NCBI GenBank assembly: GCA_965213925.1
Contig: OZ243927.1
Location: 4,224,001-4,288,000 of the forward strand
DNA from: Trueperaceae bacterium
Lineage (GTDB): Bacteria > Deinococcota > Deinococci > Deinococcales > Trueperaceae
Length of the DNA: 64,000 nucleotides
Direction of reading: 5' to 3'
Shown: positions 36,315 to 46,706 of the stretch, piece after piece
Layout of the letters: each line of letters opens with the position of its first letter
Position numbering within the stretch: position 1 is the first letter of the stretch
Translations under genes and position numbers: made by a program
The notes under the pieces: generated by a model
What the model was told of the DNA's origin: nothing
Seen by the model: only the letters and a program-made list of their open reading frames with translations
Databases searched by the model: none

Positions 36315-37888
36315 CAGAGCCTCACGACGCTCAAGCTCCGCAGCACGTTTGGCAGACTCTGCAGCACCTCTAAGACCTCATCGCTAGGCGCTTGGTCGAG
36401 GGTGAGGGCAAAGAGCGCCAGACCGTCTTCACCGACCCTCGAGAGCTGCATCCCCGAGATGTTCACGCCCGCGTCGCCTAAGACCGTGCCGACTTTACCC
36501 ACCGCGCCGGGGCGGTCGTAGTTCGTGCAAATCAGCATCGTCCCTTCAGGGCGAAGCTCGATGGGAAAGCCGTCAATCGAGACGATGCGCGGGTCCGTGC
36601 CTAAAACCGTGCCGCCGACGCTGACGCTATGCCCGTTGGAGGTCGCTGTGACCATCACGTGACTCAGGTAGCCGCGACTGCGCGAGGCGGTCACTTTGGA
36701 GACGCGGATGTCGCGCTCTTTGGCGATGGCGGAGGCGTTGATGTAGTTGGGCGGCTCGTCCAGGATGGGCTCTAAGTAGCCTTTCGTCGCCGCCACCGCG
36801 ATGGGGTCAGGGTCTATTGGGAAGGTTCCTGAAAACTCGATTTGCAGCTCGCGTACGCGCCCTTTGGCGAGTTGGGCGATCATCTTACCCAAGGCTTCGC
36901 CGACTTGGAGGTGCGGTCCTAGTGCAGCGACGACTTCGGGTGCTAAGGCGGGCGCGTTGACGACGCCTCTCGAGAGGTCGCCCTGAAGCGCCAACGCCGT
37001 GCGCTCCAAAATTTCCGCACCCACTCGCGCTTGCGCCTCTTGCGTGTTCGCGCCTAAGTGCGCGGTTAAGACGACGTCATCACGTTGCAGAAGGGGATGG
37101 TCAACCGAAGGGGGCTCTAAGACGTACACGTCCAAGCCTGCGCCGAAGAGTTTGCCGCTCTCGAGGGCTTCTAAAAGCGCCTCTTCTTGAATGATGCCGC
37201 CCCGCGCCGCGTTCACCACAATCGCTTTAGCCGGCAAACAGCCGAGTTCCGCCGCGCCGATCATACCCGTGGTCTCGTCGGTCAGCGGTGTATGCACCGT
37301 TAAGAAGTCCGACTGAGAGAGCATCTCTTGAAGGTTGTCGAACAGTTTCACCTTGAGGTCGTCCGCGCGGTGGCGCGAGATGTAGGGGTCGTACGCCATC
37401 ACGTGCATCCCGAGCCCCTGCGCCCGTTTCGACACGAGCGAACCGATGCGCCCGAGCCCTACGATGCCGAGCCGCGCCCCCTTGACCTCTCGCCCTAAGA
37501 ACTTCCGGTCCCACGTGCCCGCGCGGATGAGCCTATCCGAGCGGCTCACCCCTCTCGCCGCGCTGAGCATGAGCGCGACCGCGAGTTCCGCCGCCGAGAC
37601 GTTGTTCGCCTCGGGCGCGTTGAGGACCAAAAGACCTTTTCGGCTGGCAGCGTCCAGGTCGATGTTATCCACCCCGACGCCGCCCCGCCCGATCACCTTG
37701 AGGTTTTTCGCCGCCTTAATCAGCGCCTCGTCCACCTGCGTGCGGCTCCTCGTGATGATGCCGTCGTAGTCGTGGGCGATGTCTAAGAGGTCTTCTCTCG
37801 AAATGCCCGCTTGATAATCCACTTCGATGTCTGGATACGTTTTGTCGCCGAGTTGAATGGTGTCTGTTACGAGTACCTTATACGCCAT
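36314..37888 (-). CDS. serA: D-3-phosphoglycerate dehydrogenase
   Basis: GRGGVGVDNID, GLGRIG, NAARGG, TAHLGANT, C-terminal ACT domain (DRPGAVGKVG). Confidence 0.96.
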   Translation of the reverse strand: MAYKVLVTDTIQLGDKTYPDIEVDYQAGISREDLLDIAHDYDGIITRSRTQVDEALIKAAKNLKVIGRGGVGVDNIDLDAASRKGLLVLNAPEANNVSAAELAVALMLSAARGVSRSDRLIRAGTWDRKFLGREVKGARLGIVGLGRIGSLVSKRAQGLGMHVMAYDPYISRHRADDLKVKLFDNLQEMLSQSDFLTVHTPLTDETTGMIGAAELGCLPAKAIVVNAARGGIIQEEALLEALESGKLFGAGLDVYVLEPPSVDHPLLQRDDVVLTAHLGANTQEAQARVGAEILERTALALQGDLSRGVVNAPALAPEVVAALGPHLQVGEALGKMIAQLAKGRVRELQIEFSGTFPIDPDPIAVAATKGYLEPILDEPPNYINASAIAKERDIRVSKVTASRSRGYLSHVMVTATSNGHSVSVGGTVLGTDPRIVSIDGFPIELRPEGTMLICTNYDRPGAVGKVGTVLGDAGVNISGMQLSRVGEDGLALFALTLDQAPSDEVLEVLQSLPNVLRSLSVVRL

Positions 37889-37945
37889 ATGCAGCCAGGA
37901 TACCGCAAGGAGGCTGTGAAATCTCTCGCTTTGTAACGTAGGGGG

Positions 37946-38025
37946 AAGGACTGAGGAAAAAGGACTGAGGACTGAGAGAAAGTCTTTAACCTCAGTCCTC
38001 AGTCCTTTAACCTTTTCTCTTTTAA
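37946..38025. repeat. AGGACTG/CTCAGTC heptamer palindromic repeat, copy 2
   Basis: AAAGGACTGAGGACTGAG (37959-37976) and CTCAGTCCTCAGTCCTTT (37991-38008) form a perfect 18-bp stem. Confidence 0.8.
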
Positions 38026-38030
38026 CTTCC

Positions 38031-38507
38031 CTACCTTCTCCGCCTCAAGTCTCCCACGCCTGGTAGCCTCGGCGACGGCAGCGCATACGCCCAGAGCGCC
38101 GCGCCGAAAAAGAGCGTGCCCCAGGCGAAAGCGACGGACGCTAGGGTGGTGCTGAGGGCGAAGGGGAGCGTGGAGGACCAAACCAGCAAGATAATCCCGT
38201 GCAGTATAGCGAGCACCACAGGCACAGCGGCGACGCGCACGTGTTGAGGTCGGTAAAAGCGCGGTGCGATGCGTAGAAGCAGAGTGGCGACGCCGATACT
38301 TAAGAGTGCAACGAGGACGACGCCGAAGCCGAAGCCGTCTATCAAACTAACGCGGCGCAAAACGTAGATGAGGTGAACCACCCAGGGAAGTAAGCTAGCG
38401 AGCAGCACTTCAGGGATGCGCTGCATCCCTAGAGCGCGGCGTGCGATGAGACCGGCGATAAAGCCGAATAAAAGGGCGAAGATACCGAAGCGGAGGAGGA
38501 GGCGCAT
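38031..38507 (-). CDS. Hypothetical membrane protein
   Basis: Multiple TM segments; shares LLPW..HL and AAL..YAL with the neighbouring gene. Confidence 0.7.
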   Translation of the reverse strand: MRLLLRFGIFALLFGFIAGLIARRALGMQRIPEVLLASLLPWVVHLIYVLRRVSLIDGFGFGVVLVALLSIGVATLLLRIAPRFYRPQHVRVAAVPVVLAILHGIILLVWSSTLPFALSTTLASVAFAWGTLFFGAALWAYALPSPRLPGVGDLRRRR

Positions 38508-38511
38508 AGGT

Positions 38512-39015
38512 TTATCTTAGCTTTAGATAGTATTTTAGGGTGTGGGGCTCGAGATACCTCGTCAGCGCGTAGCCGAAGAGCGCCGCGCTCGCCGTTGAAG
38601 AGGTCCAAAAGAGCGTGACATGAGCGGTATTGTCGAACAAGATTTCATGCCTCACAAGTTCTTGAGAAAATTGCTCCAAGGGAATCTCAAAGTACAGAAA
38701 ACCTAGAACGAGTGGCAAAAGAGGCGCAAGAAGTGGCACGCGCCACGTCGCAAAGAGGCTCGCTAATAGCAAAACACCTGCGAGAAGGGTGCTCGTTATG
38801 ATAAAAGAGGTCGGATCAACATGAGGAGCACTCGGCCACACCTCATTAATGTCTTTCGCATAGAAGAGGTGGAGCAGCCAGGGCAAAAGGCTCGGTACTA
38901 AAAAGATAAGCAGTGTGTGTCGCCAACCGCCTGTAAACTTCATCAAGATGCCAAAGCCAAAACCGAGTAGAAACATGAAAAGTGGGTAGATAACCACGGC
39001 GAAGAGAAAAAACAT
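38512..39015 (-). CDS. Hypothetical membrane protein
   Basis: Multiple TM segments; SLLPWLLHL, AALFGYAL. Confidence 0.7.
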   Translation of the reverse strand: MFFLFAVVIYPLFMFLLGFGFGILMKFTGGWRHTLLIFLVPSLLPWLLHLFYAKDINEVWPSAPHVDPTSFIITSTLLAGVLLLASLFATWRVPLLAPLLPLVLGFLYFEIPLEQFSQELVRHEILFDNTAHVTLFWTSSTASAALFGYALTRYLEPHTLKYYLKLR

Positions 39016-39590
39016 GTACTCAACATTTTAAGCTAGAAACGCACGCTGTGAGGTTCTGTTTTCACGCTCGAGATTCCCTTCGCTGCAACGCTTCGGGAAG
39101 GGTGTCTCTCATGTGTTTTAGCAGGTTAGGGAGCGTATAGGCGAGAAGACAAAGGCTAACGAGCAGGTTTCCGAAGAAGGCAGCCCTAGGTCTCTCTCCG
39201 CGATCACAAATCCGTCCGAGTGCTTTTCGGTGGCACCTAAGCAGTGTTGTGTCTTCTTGGCGCGGTCCCACGCGACGAGTACGCAGAAGCTCTCATGCTC
39301 GTCCCGCCCGCGAAGAAGTTTCTCGCGCTCACCCTTCAAAATCTAGGGTACATGTACTATCTGAGCACCATTTCTTACACTGTGAAAAATCCCCTAAGCG
39401 GCGTCACTCAAGCACTTGTGGTTTTTCGAACATTCACGTTCTACACGGTATTTAAGTACAAGTGTATCTATAGCGGGAGAGGGGTTTCGTGCTTCACTAA
39501 GTTCATGAACGCGTACCCGTGCTAGCAAGGCAGCGCGCGGTGCACCCACCCATAAGATGAGCAAGCTTGATAAGGAACATAGAGGTTACG

Positions 39591-39905
39591 ATGAGCATAG
39601 GGGTAGAATTCAACGAGTTGGAAAGGGCGTTCGACGTCGCGGCTGAGGCGACGGAGCATCTGCTCGGCGAGTACGCGCTTTTCGTGCTCGAGCACGAAGA
39701 GGTCACCGCATTCTTGCAAGACCATCTCTGCGCGCTCAAGCATGACTTTGGGCTCGCGCTTTACAATTTCGACAGCAAACGAGCCAAAGAACTTTTAGAA
39801 GACGTTCAGACGCTTTTCGGCGAAGCGCAGCTCAAGGTCAACCGGGGCGTCATCCCCTCGCCCCAGCAGGTGAGCCATACCACACTCAGCAAGACGGGCT
39901 GGTAG
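39591..39905 (+). CDS. Hypothetical protein
   Basis: GAGG RBS before ATG 39591; helical, acidic composition. Confidence 0.6.
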   Translation: MSIGVEFNELERAFDVAAEATEHLLGEYALFVLEHEEVTAFLQDHLCALKHDFGLALYNFDSKRAKELLEDVQTLFGEAQLKVNRGVIPSPQQVSHTTLSKTGW

Positions 39906-39914
39906 GCTCGGTCC

Positions 39915-40457
39915 CTAACCTGTCCTCACATACACGAAGCGGCTCAGCAGCGCGCCGAGTAGAAGGCTCGGCAGCGCGATGTAGACGAGCAGCGGGTCGG
40001 CTGTCACTTCGGGGCGGAAGAACTTGGCGAGTTCGACACCTAACGAGAGCAAGCCCCCTGTAACGAGCGCGATGACGAACGCTTGCGGCGTTCCCCTACG
40101 GAACAGCCAAGAGGTCAAGAAGTAGCCGAACGTCAGGTAGAACATCCCGTGAATCACCTGCGAAAACGTGTCCATCTCCTGCTCGGGTAAGATCGCCTGC
40201 AGCGCGATGATGACCACCGTCATCGTCACGTAGATACCTGCCCAACGCTGCTGCCGCCTGGCTTTCTCTGTAGGTTTCCCCGTGGATTTCTCTGTGGCTT
40301 TCTCGCTGCGCGGCTCGAGCGACTCGCGTTTTTCTTTCTTAGGCGCGGGTTTAGCGGTCTGCACTCTCTTCGTCTGCCGCGTCCCTCGGCGCTTATCGCG
40401 CTCCTTCTCACGCTTTTTATCTGACTTTTCGGTGGCTCTGCGGAGTTGCCTGTTCAT
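39915..40457 (-). CDS. Membrane protein with basic N-terminal tail (VanZ-like pattern)
   Basis: K/R-rich N-terminus, 4 TM segments, H..FY..FG and GVEL..F pattern; TACAGT 6 nt before the ATG. Confidence 0.65.
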   Translation of the reverse strand: MNRQLRRATEKSDKKREKERDKRRGTRQTKRVQTAKPAPKKEKRESLEPRSEKATEKSTGKPTEKARRQQRWAGIYVTMTVVIIALQAILPEQEMDTFSQVIHGMFYLTFGYFLTSWLFRRGTPQAFVIALVTGGLLSLGVELAKFFRPEVTADPLLVYIALPSLLLGALLSRFVYVRTG

Positions 40458-40512
40458 AAAGTTACTGTAACAGGTCTAGGGACGCGCTGCCGTTTGCTGG
40501 TACGGAACGGAT

Positions 40513-40571
40513 AAGTAATGAGTGAAAATCTTTAGACTCATTGCTCGGTACTCGTTGCTCATTGCTTACTC
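40513..40571. repeat. GAGCAAT/ATTGCTC family repeat, copy 3
   Basis: AATGAGTGAAAATCTTTAGACTCATTGCTCGGTACTCGTTGCTCATTGC. Confidence 0.7.
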
Positions 40572-40608
40572 CCCTGTGCAGTAACTTCCCACCCTATGGG
40601 TGACTACC

Positions 40609-41964
40609 CTAATCCGACAACGCCACGTTCGCCGCCACTAGAAGCGAATCCCACACGCCACTAAAAGGCGGCGCGTACGCCATGTCGAGGTCGGCTAGGT
40701 CGGCGAGGGTGCCGCCCTTGAGGAGGAGCGCGGCGATAGCGTCCACGCGCTTGACGGCGTCGCCGTAACCCGCGAGCTGTGCGCCTAAAAGTTTCTGCGA
40801 GCCTTTCTCCCAGACGAGCGTGACGGTGAGGGGTGACTTGTCGGGGTAGTAGCCCGCGTGGTCCGTGTCTTCGATGCAGAGGCTTTCCGCGTCGAAGCCC
40901 GCCTCCTGCGCGGCTTTCTCGTTGAGACCCGTCGTCGCAAAAGCGCGCTCGAAGACCTTGGTGACGGCGGTGCCTAAAACGCCCTTGAACGACGCCTCTT
41001 TGCCCGCGATGACCGTGCCCGCCACGCGCCCCTGCTTGTTCGCGGTGTCGCCTAAGGGCAGCCACGTCGAGTTATCCGTGAGCATATGACGCACTGCCGT
41101 CACGTCGCCTACGGCGTAGACGTTCTCGACGTTCGTGCGCAGTTTCTCGTCCGTTAAAACGGCGTCGCTCGGTCCGAGGTCTACGCCTAGCCCCTTTGCC
41201 AGCTCGCTGTTAGGTTTCACGCCCGCCGCCATAATCACGAGGTCGGCGTCCAGCGTCTCTTTCTCCTCACCGGCTTTCATGACGACGCGCTCGACTCTGC
41301 CGTCCCCTTCGAAGCCGGTGACTTCGGTGCCTAAGTAGACATCCACACCGTTGTCTTTAAGCTCGCAGCGGGCGATTTCGGAGTAGTCGGGCGTGATGGA
41401 CGCCAAGAGGTGCTCGGACATCTCGACGACGCTCACGTGAAGTCCGGCTAGCGTGAGGGCTTCTGCCATCTCGAGCCCGATATACCCCCCGCCCACGATG
41501 ACTGCACGCGTCGCGCCCTCGGCGGCTTCGGCAATCGCCGCCGCGTCCTCCATGCGCCGCAAGGTGTAGATATTTTCCAAGGCTATGCCAGGTAAATCCG
41601 GTCTGACGGCTTGCGCCCCCGTCGCTAGCACCAAAACGTCGTAGGACGCTTCAAAGGTATCGCCCGACTCCAAGTTCTTGACCTCGAGCGTGCGTTTCTC
41701 GTGGTCTATTTCTGTCACCTCGTGGCGCACCTTGACCTCGACGCCCCGCTCCGCCATCTCCTCGGGCGAGCGCGAGACCAGCTTCTCCAGGTCGGGAATC
41801 AGCCCGCCGATGACGTAGGGCATCCCGCACGCCCCGTACGAGATGTAGTGGCTCCTTTCGAATACAGTGACCTCGAGTTCAGGATTCTCCCGCTTAGCCT
41901 TCGACGCCGCGCTCATTCCCCCCGCGACGCCTCCAACAATGACGACTTTTTTTGCGTTAGACAT
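40609..41964 (-). CDS. CoA-disulfide reductase / NADH oxidase family flavoprotein
   Basis: GGVAGGMSAA, redox motif SYGACGMPY, GGGYIGLE, YAVGD, YAPPFS. Confidence 0.9.
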   Translation of the reverse strand: MSNAKKVVIVGGVAGGMSAASKAKRENPELEVTVFERSHYISYGACGMPYVIGGLIPDLEKLVSRSPEEMAERGVEVKVRHEVTEIDHEKRTLEVKNLESGDTFEASYDVLVLATGAQAVRPDLPGIALENIYTLRRMEDAAAIAEAAEGATRAVIVGGGYIGLEMAEALTLAGLHVSVVEMSEHLLASITPDYSEIARCELKDNGVDVYLGTEVTGFEGDGRVERVVMKAGEEKETLDADLVIMAAGVKPNSELAKGLGVDLGPSDAVLTDEKLRTNVENVYAVGDVTAVRHMLTDNSTWLPLGDTANKQGRVAGTVIAGKEASFKGVLGTAVTKVFERAFATTGLNEKAAQEAGFDAESLCIEDTDHAGYYPDKSPLTVTLVWEKGSQKLLGAQLAGYGDAVKRVDAIAALLLKGGTLADLADLDMAYAPPFSGVWDSLLVAANVALSD

Positions 41965-42036
41965 AGAGATAAGTTTACGCCCGCGCCGAGCCGCGCGCCG
42001 TAGCGCGCCCTTTCTTTCGTGCTACACTTCGGGATT

Positions 42037-43224
42037 GTGACTCAAGATTTCGCGGAAGCTACTACCGAGAGATTGCTCGAGCTAGCCCAGACCTACGGCA
42101 CGCCGACGTACGTTTATAACTTGGACAAGGTGAGCGCTCAGGTGGACGCACTGCGCGAGGCGTTGCCCGGAGCCGACCTTCATTACGCCGTGAAAGCCAA
42201 CCCCTGCGGCGCGGTGTTGCGGCATCTGGCAAAAAGAGGGCTCGGCGCAGAGGTCATCACCTTGGGCGAGTTAGAGCGGGCGCTCCGTGCAGGCTTCCCT
42301 CCTGAGCATATCCTCTTGGGCGGACCTAAACAAGACGACGCGCTGAGAAGCCGCGCTGTTCAAGCAGGCGTCAAGCAGGTGAGCTTAGACAGTGTTTCGC
42401 AGTGGAGAGGGTGGGAGCAGGACTTGCAGCAGGACTTTGTAAGCCAAGAGGTCAAGGTGCGGTTTCTCGTACGCCTTAACCCCGCGCTCGACCCGCGTAC
42501 ACACGAGCATTTGGCGACGGGCGCGGCTGAGTCTAAGTTCGGGATGACGCTGGGCGAGGCGCAAGAGGTCGCCGAGGCGTTGGGCGATAAACTTTCAGGC
42601 TTTCACGTCCATGCGGGCTCGCAAATCGCCGACATGGGCGTTTACGACGAGATTTTTTCTACGCTCAGACCGCTTTACGAGCACTTTAAGGGCGCTGACA
42701 CGCTCGACTTAGGCGGCGGCTTCGTGGTGCCGAACTTTCCTCTGGCGCGGTTCGCGGAGAAGGTTTCGGGGTTTCTCGAGGATTTAGACGTGAAGCTGAT
42801 TTTAGAGCCCGGACGCTACCTCGTCGCGCAGAGCGGTGTGCTGCTGACAAAAGTCCTCCACGTCAAAGAGGGCGCACGCCGCCACATCATCGCCGACGCA
42901 GGCATGGCGGATTTGCTGCGCCCCGCCCTCTACGGCGCGGCGCACCCGATTCGCGTGCTCACTGGCGGACGAAAGGTGAAAGAAGTGGACGTAGACGGAC
43001 CGCTTTGCGAGAACGCGGACCGTTTGGGACGCAGTGTTTGGCTCCCCGAGGTGAAAAGCGGTGACCTCTTGGCGGTGGAGGAGGCGGGCGCGTACGGCTT
43101 CACGATGGCGTCGAACTACGCCTCGTCGCTGCGTACGGCTGAGGTCGTCGTTCAAAACGGTGAGGCGAGGTTGGCGCGGCGGCGCGAAGAGGTGGCGGAT
43201 TTGTGGCGGCTCGAGTGTGACTAA
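42037..43224 (+). CDS. lysA: Diaminopimelate decarboxylase-like (fold-type III PLP decarboxylase)
   Basis: GTPTYVY, YAVKAN, SKFG, HVHAGSQ, LEPGR, RPALY, GPLCENAD, GAYG. Confidence 0.85.
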   Translation: MTQDFAEATTERLLELAQTYGTPTYVYNLDKVSAQVDALREALPGADLHYAVKANPCGAVLRHLAKRGLGAEVITLGELERALRAGFPPEHILLGGPKQDDALRSRAVQAGVKQVSLDSVSQWRGWEQDLQQDFVSQEVKVRFLVRLNPALDPRTHEHLATGAAESKFGMTLGEAQEVAEALGDKLSGFHVHAGSQIADMGVYDEIFSTLRPLYEHFKGADTLDLGGGFVVPNFPLARFAEKVSGFLEDLDVKLILEPGRYLVAQSGVLLTKVLHVKEGARRHIIADAGMADLLRPALYGAAHPIRVLTGGRKVKEVDVDGPLCENADRLGRSVWLPEVKSGDLLAVEEAGAYGFTMASNYASSLRTAEVVVQNGEARLARRREEVADLWRLECD

Positions 43225-44068
43225 CCCTTCTGACCTAGACGCAACCTTGTCCCCTCTCGTTGACGCTTTCTCAGGGCAGGTCAGTATCGCCTTGCAGCGC
43301 AATTTGGACGGCTTCTCCTACACACATAACGCCACCCAGGCGATGAGCGCCGCTAGCCTTATCAAACTGCCCATCCTCGTTGAAACGCTCGGGCAGGTGG
43401 CGCAGGGGAGGCTCGAGCTTACAACCCGCTACGAACTCGAGGAGGACGAGAGGGTGAGCGGCTCGGGCGTCCTGCACGCGCTCCAGCCGGGACTACCTCT
43501 CACCTTGCGTGACCTCTTGACCCTCATGATCGTCGTCAGCGACAACACCGCGACGAATATGCTCATAGACATTGCGGGGCGGGCGCGCGTGAACGACTTC
43601 TGCGGACGCGCTGGGTTGCGCCAGACCTACCTCGTCGGCAAGCTGCAACTCCCAGAGGAGAAGCGCAATGAGGAACAGAGGCGCGGCGGTAACAACGTCA
43701 CGTGTGCGGCGGACATGCTCGGGCTTTTGACCTCTTTGCAGCGCGGCGACCTCTTGCCGCCAGAGCTTACAGCGTTAGCCGTAGAGATTCTTAAAAAGCA
43801 GCAATTCACCGAAGCGTTGGCGCGGTACTTGCCGACGGATGAGGCGCTTCACCCGGACGCTGTAACCGTCGCGTCGAAGAGTGGGTGCGTGCGAGGCGTG
43901 TGGCACGACGCGGGCACCGTCTACGACGTTTCGGACCGACCTCTCTACACGCTCGTGGTGATGACTTCGGAATCGGAGGACAGGTCATTTAGCTTCGAGC
44001 AAGAGGGGATGCTGCTGATTGCGGAGGTCTCGAGGCGTGTGTTCGAGTTCTTCCGGGAGGACACATGA
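43217..44068 (+). CDS. Serine hydrolase, class A beta-lactamase-like, no signal peptide
   Basis: SxxK (ASLIK), SDN, KSG, HDAG; GTG 43217 overlaps the end of lysA. Confidence 0.85.
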   Translation: MTNPSDLDATLSPLVDAFSGQVSIALQRNLDGFSYTHNATQAMSAASLIKLPILVETLGQVAQGRLELTTRYELEEDERVSGSGVLHALQPGLPLTLRDLLTLMIVVSDNTATNMLIDIAGRARVNDFCGRAGLRQTYLVGKLQLPEEKRNEEQRRGGNNVTCAADMLGLLTSLQRGDLLPPELTALAVEILKKQQFTEALARYLPTDEALHPDAVTVASKSGCVRGVWHDAGTVYDVSDRPLYTLVVMTSESEDRSFSFEQEGMLLIAEVSRRVFEFFREDT

Positions 44069-44454
44069 GCGAACGCCGTTTCATCACCCAGGGTCCGGGC
44101 TTGCCCCGCTGGAGCAACCCCATCAGCCACGCGGTTGTCGTCGGAAAGACCTGCTTTGTCAGCGGTCAGTTGTCCGTCAGCGAAGCGGGCGAGTACGTGA
44201 GCGGCACGTGCCGCGAAGAAGCCGAACGTGCTTTTGGTAACTTCTTCGCCGTCCTCCATGCGGCTGGATTTTCTCGAGACGAAGTCGTCTTTATCGACAT
44301 CGCCTTCGCGGACCTTACGCAACTCGGCGAGGTCAATGACCTCTTCATCGACCTCTTCCCCGAAGGACGCCGCCCCGCCAGAACGATTTACGAAGCGGCG
44401 GCGCTCCCTTTCGGCGGCAAGGTCAAGGTGACGGGCACGGCGGTCAAAGATTAG
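44065..44454 (+). CDS. RidA/YjgF/UK114 family protein
   Basis: SHAV...FVSGQL, PARTI, LPFG.KV; ATGA overlap. Confidence 0.88.
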   Translation: MSERRFITQGPGLPRWSNPISHAVVVGKTCFVSGQLSVSEAGEYVSGTCREEAERAFGNFFAVLHAAGFSRDEVVFIDIAFADLTQLGEVNDLFIDLFPEGRRPARTIYEAAALPFGGKVKVTGTAVKD

Positions 44455-44726
44455 CGCGACCAACAACACCGCGTATACGTTATTGAGGTGTAACTGAACA
44501 AGTAACGGTAGTGGCTCTATCTGGCATGACGCCAGTGTCAAAGCAAGGGGTTTCAATCCCTTGTTCATCGCATGGAGACGGCAGAAGGAGCGCGCGGCGG
44601 CATTCGACTTGGAACCACTACCCAAGTAACAGAAGAACCGTAGACGTGACTAAAGATGAAGAATCGGTGAGTCGCGCGTGCGCTTTGAACAGCCTCAGCG
44701 CGTAGCGGCTTGCTAGACTAAAGTTC

Positions 44727-45275
44727 ATGCTCCGACTTATTCTACTTAGCTTCACGCTGCTCGCCGTTCTCGCCGGGTGCGCACCGAGCACGTTTTCTAG
44801 CGTGCAGAGCGTTCCACCGCCTCAGGTAGACGCGGACGCCTGGGAGCGCCTTACTTACAGTATGGGGGACGACTTGACCTCCTCGAGCCTGAGCAAAGGC
44901 GCACTCAGCCTCCAGCCGGTACGCCGCGCCGATGAGGGCGACTACCGCCTGCGCGTGGACTACTGGGGCGACAACTGGCTCCTGATTCCGCCCGGATCCT
45001 CCTTGCGCCTCACTATAGACGGACGCCCGGTCGTGCTCTCGGGTTTAGGCAGCAGCGGCGGGCGGGGCGTGCGGGCAGTCAGCGCGTACGCCAGGCGCTT
45101 TGAACGGGCGGAGTATCCGGTTTCGCTGGATTTGCTCAGGCAGCTCAGCCAAGCGAACATCGTGGGCGTGACGGTGTCGGGCTCGAGGGACTTAGAGCGC
45201 GTTTTAGATCGGCGCGACCTGGAGCGTTTCGTCACCTTCTACACGCAGACCACCGCGACGCGCCAGCAGAGGTAG
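44727..45275 (+). CDS. Hypothetical lipoprotein
   Basis: Lipobox VLAGC; TAGACT 7 nt before the ATG. Confidence 0.7.
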   Translation: MLRLILLSFTLLAVLAGCAPSTFSSVQSVPPPQVDADAWERLTYSMGDDLTSSSLSKGALSLQPVRRADEGDYRLRVDYWGDNWLLIPPGSSLRLTIDGRPVVLSGLGSSGGRGVRAVSAYARRFERAEYPVSLDLLRQLSQANIVGVTVSGSRDLERVLDRRDLERFVTFYTQTTATRQQR

Positions 45276-45435
45276 CGTTACCGCGTTCTTCGCGCGCGTG
45301 GCGGACTTTGAGTACACAGCGGCACGCCCAATTTGCCGAGTTTTTGCTATAGTCAGCTTTACGCGAACGTCTGCGACTAGAACGCATGACTAAAACAGTG
45401 CGAAACAGAGTAACGAAGCGAAGTGAGGTAGCCCG

Positions 45436-46692
45436 ATGACCGTAACCGAACCCAAACCCAACACCTTGCATATCAGCACCACAGAGCGCGACGATACGCT
45501 CTTCTCTCTCATCGACCAGGAGTTCGAGCGTCAGCGTGACGGCTTGGAACTCATCGCCTCGGAAAACTTCACCTCACAAGCGGTGATGGAAGCCGTCGGC
45601 AGCGCCTTAACCAACAAATACGCCGAAGGTTACCCCGGCAAGCGTTACTACGGCGGCTGCGAAGTCGTAGATGAGGTCGAGCGCCTAGCCATCGAACGCG
45701 CCAAAGAACTCTTCGGCGCAGCCTGGGCGAACGTGCAGCCGCACTCGGGCTCGACGGCGAACTTCGTTATCTTCCACACCTTTTTGGAGCCCGGCGACAC
45801 GATGATGGGCATGGACCTCTCGCACGGCGGTCACTTGACGCACGGCAGCCCGGTCAACCTCTCGGGCATCTTGTATAACGTCGTCTCGTACGGCGTGGAT
45901 GAAGAGACCGAGCAAATTGACTACGAGGCGGCGCGTGAACTCGCCAGAGAACATAAGCCCAAACTCATCATCTGCGGCGCAACCGCGTACAGCCGTGAGA
46001 TCGATTTCGCCAAGTTCCGCGAAATCGCCGACGAGGTCGGCGCGACCTTACTCGCGGATGTCTCCCACATCTCCGGGCTCATCGCGGGCGGCGTCCACCC
46101 GAGCCCCTTGCCGCACGCGCACGTCACCATGACGACCACGCACAAGAGCTTGCGCGGTCCGCGCAGCGCCATCATCCTCTCCAACGACGAGGAGATCGGC
46201 AAGCGCATCGACAAGATGATCTTCCCCGGTTCACAGGGTGGACCCTTGGAGCACGTCATCGCGGGCAAAGCTGTGGCGTTCTTCGAAGCCCTCCAGCCCG
46301 AATTCAAGACCTACGCGCAGCAGATTGTGAAAAACGCGCAAGCCCTCGCGAGCGCTCTCCAGGAGAGAGGCTACCGCGTCGTCTCGGGCGGCACGGACAA
46401 CCACAACTTCCTCTTGGACCTCACGCCTAAAGACATGAGCGGTAAAAAAGCGCAGAATATCCTCGACGAAGCGGGCATCACCGTCAACAAAAACACCATC
46501 CCCTTCGATACGCGCTCGCCTTTCGTGACCTCCGGCATCCGCATCGGCACGCCCGCCTTGACCACCAGAGGGATGAAAGAGGAGGAGATGCGCACCGTCG
46601 CAGACTTTATCGACCGCACACTCCAGGGCGAGAATCCTGAAGAGGTACGCGCCGAGGTTAAAGCGTTTGCGCAGCAGTATCCGATGCCTTAA
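45436..46692 (+). CDS. glyA: Serine hydroxymethyltransferase
   Basis: [44 protein letters not shown]. Confidence 0.97.
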   Translation: MTVTEPKPNTLHISTTERDDTLFSLIDQEFERQRDGLELIASENFTSQAVMEAVGSALTNKYAEGYPGKRYYGGCEVVDEVERLAIERAKELFGAAWANVQPHSGSTANFVIFHTFLEPGDTMMGMDLSHGGHLTHGSPVNLSGILYNVVSYGVDEETEQIDYEAARELAREHKPKLIICGATAYSREIDFAKFREIADEVGATLLADVSHISGLIAGGVHPSPLPHAHVTMTTTHKSLRGPRSAIILSNDEEIGKRIDKMIFPGSQGGPLEHVIAGKAVAFFEALQPEFKTYAQQIVKNAQALASALQERGYRVVSGGTDNHNFLLDLTPKDMSGKKAQNILDEAGITVNKNTIPFDTRSPFVTSGIRIGTPALTTRGMKEEEMRTVADFIDRTLQGENPEEVRAEVKAFAQQYPMP

Positions 46693-46706
46693 AGACAGTT
46701 AAAAGC

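Noticed and set aside
39062..39525. Short overlapping ORFs on both strands
   Set aside because: No coherent reading frame; probably intergenic or decayed sequence.
43217..44068. Bona fide antibiotic-resistance beta-lactamase
   Set aside because: No signal peptide and a metabolic operon context; the motifs establish only the fold.
45276..45435. ZTP or glycine riboswitch upstream of glyA
   Set aside because: No recognisable consensus elements of either riboswitch.
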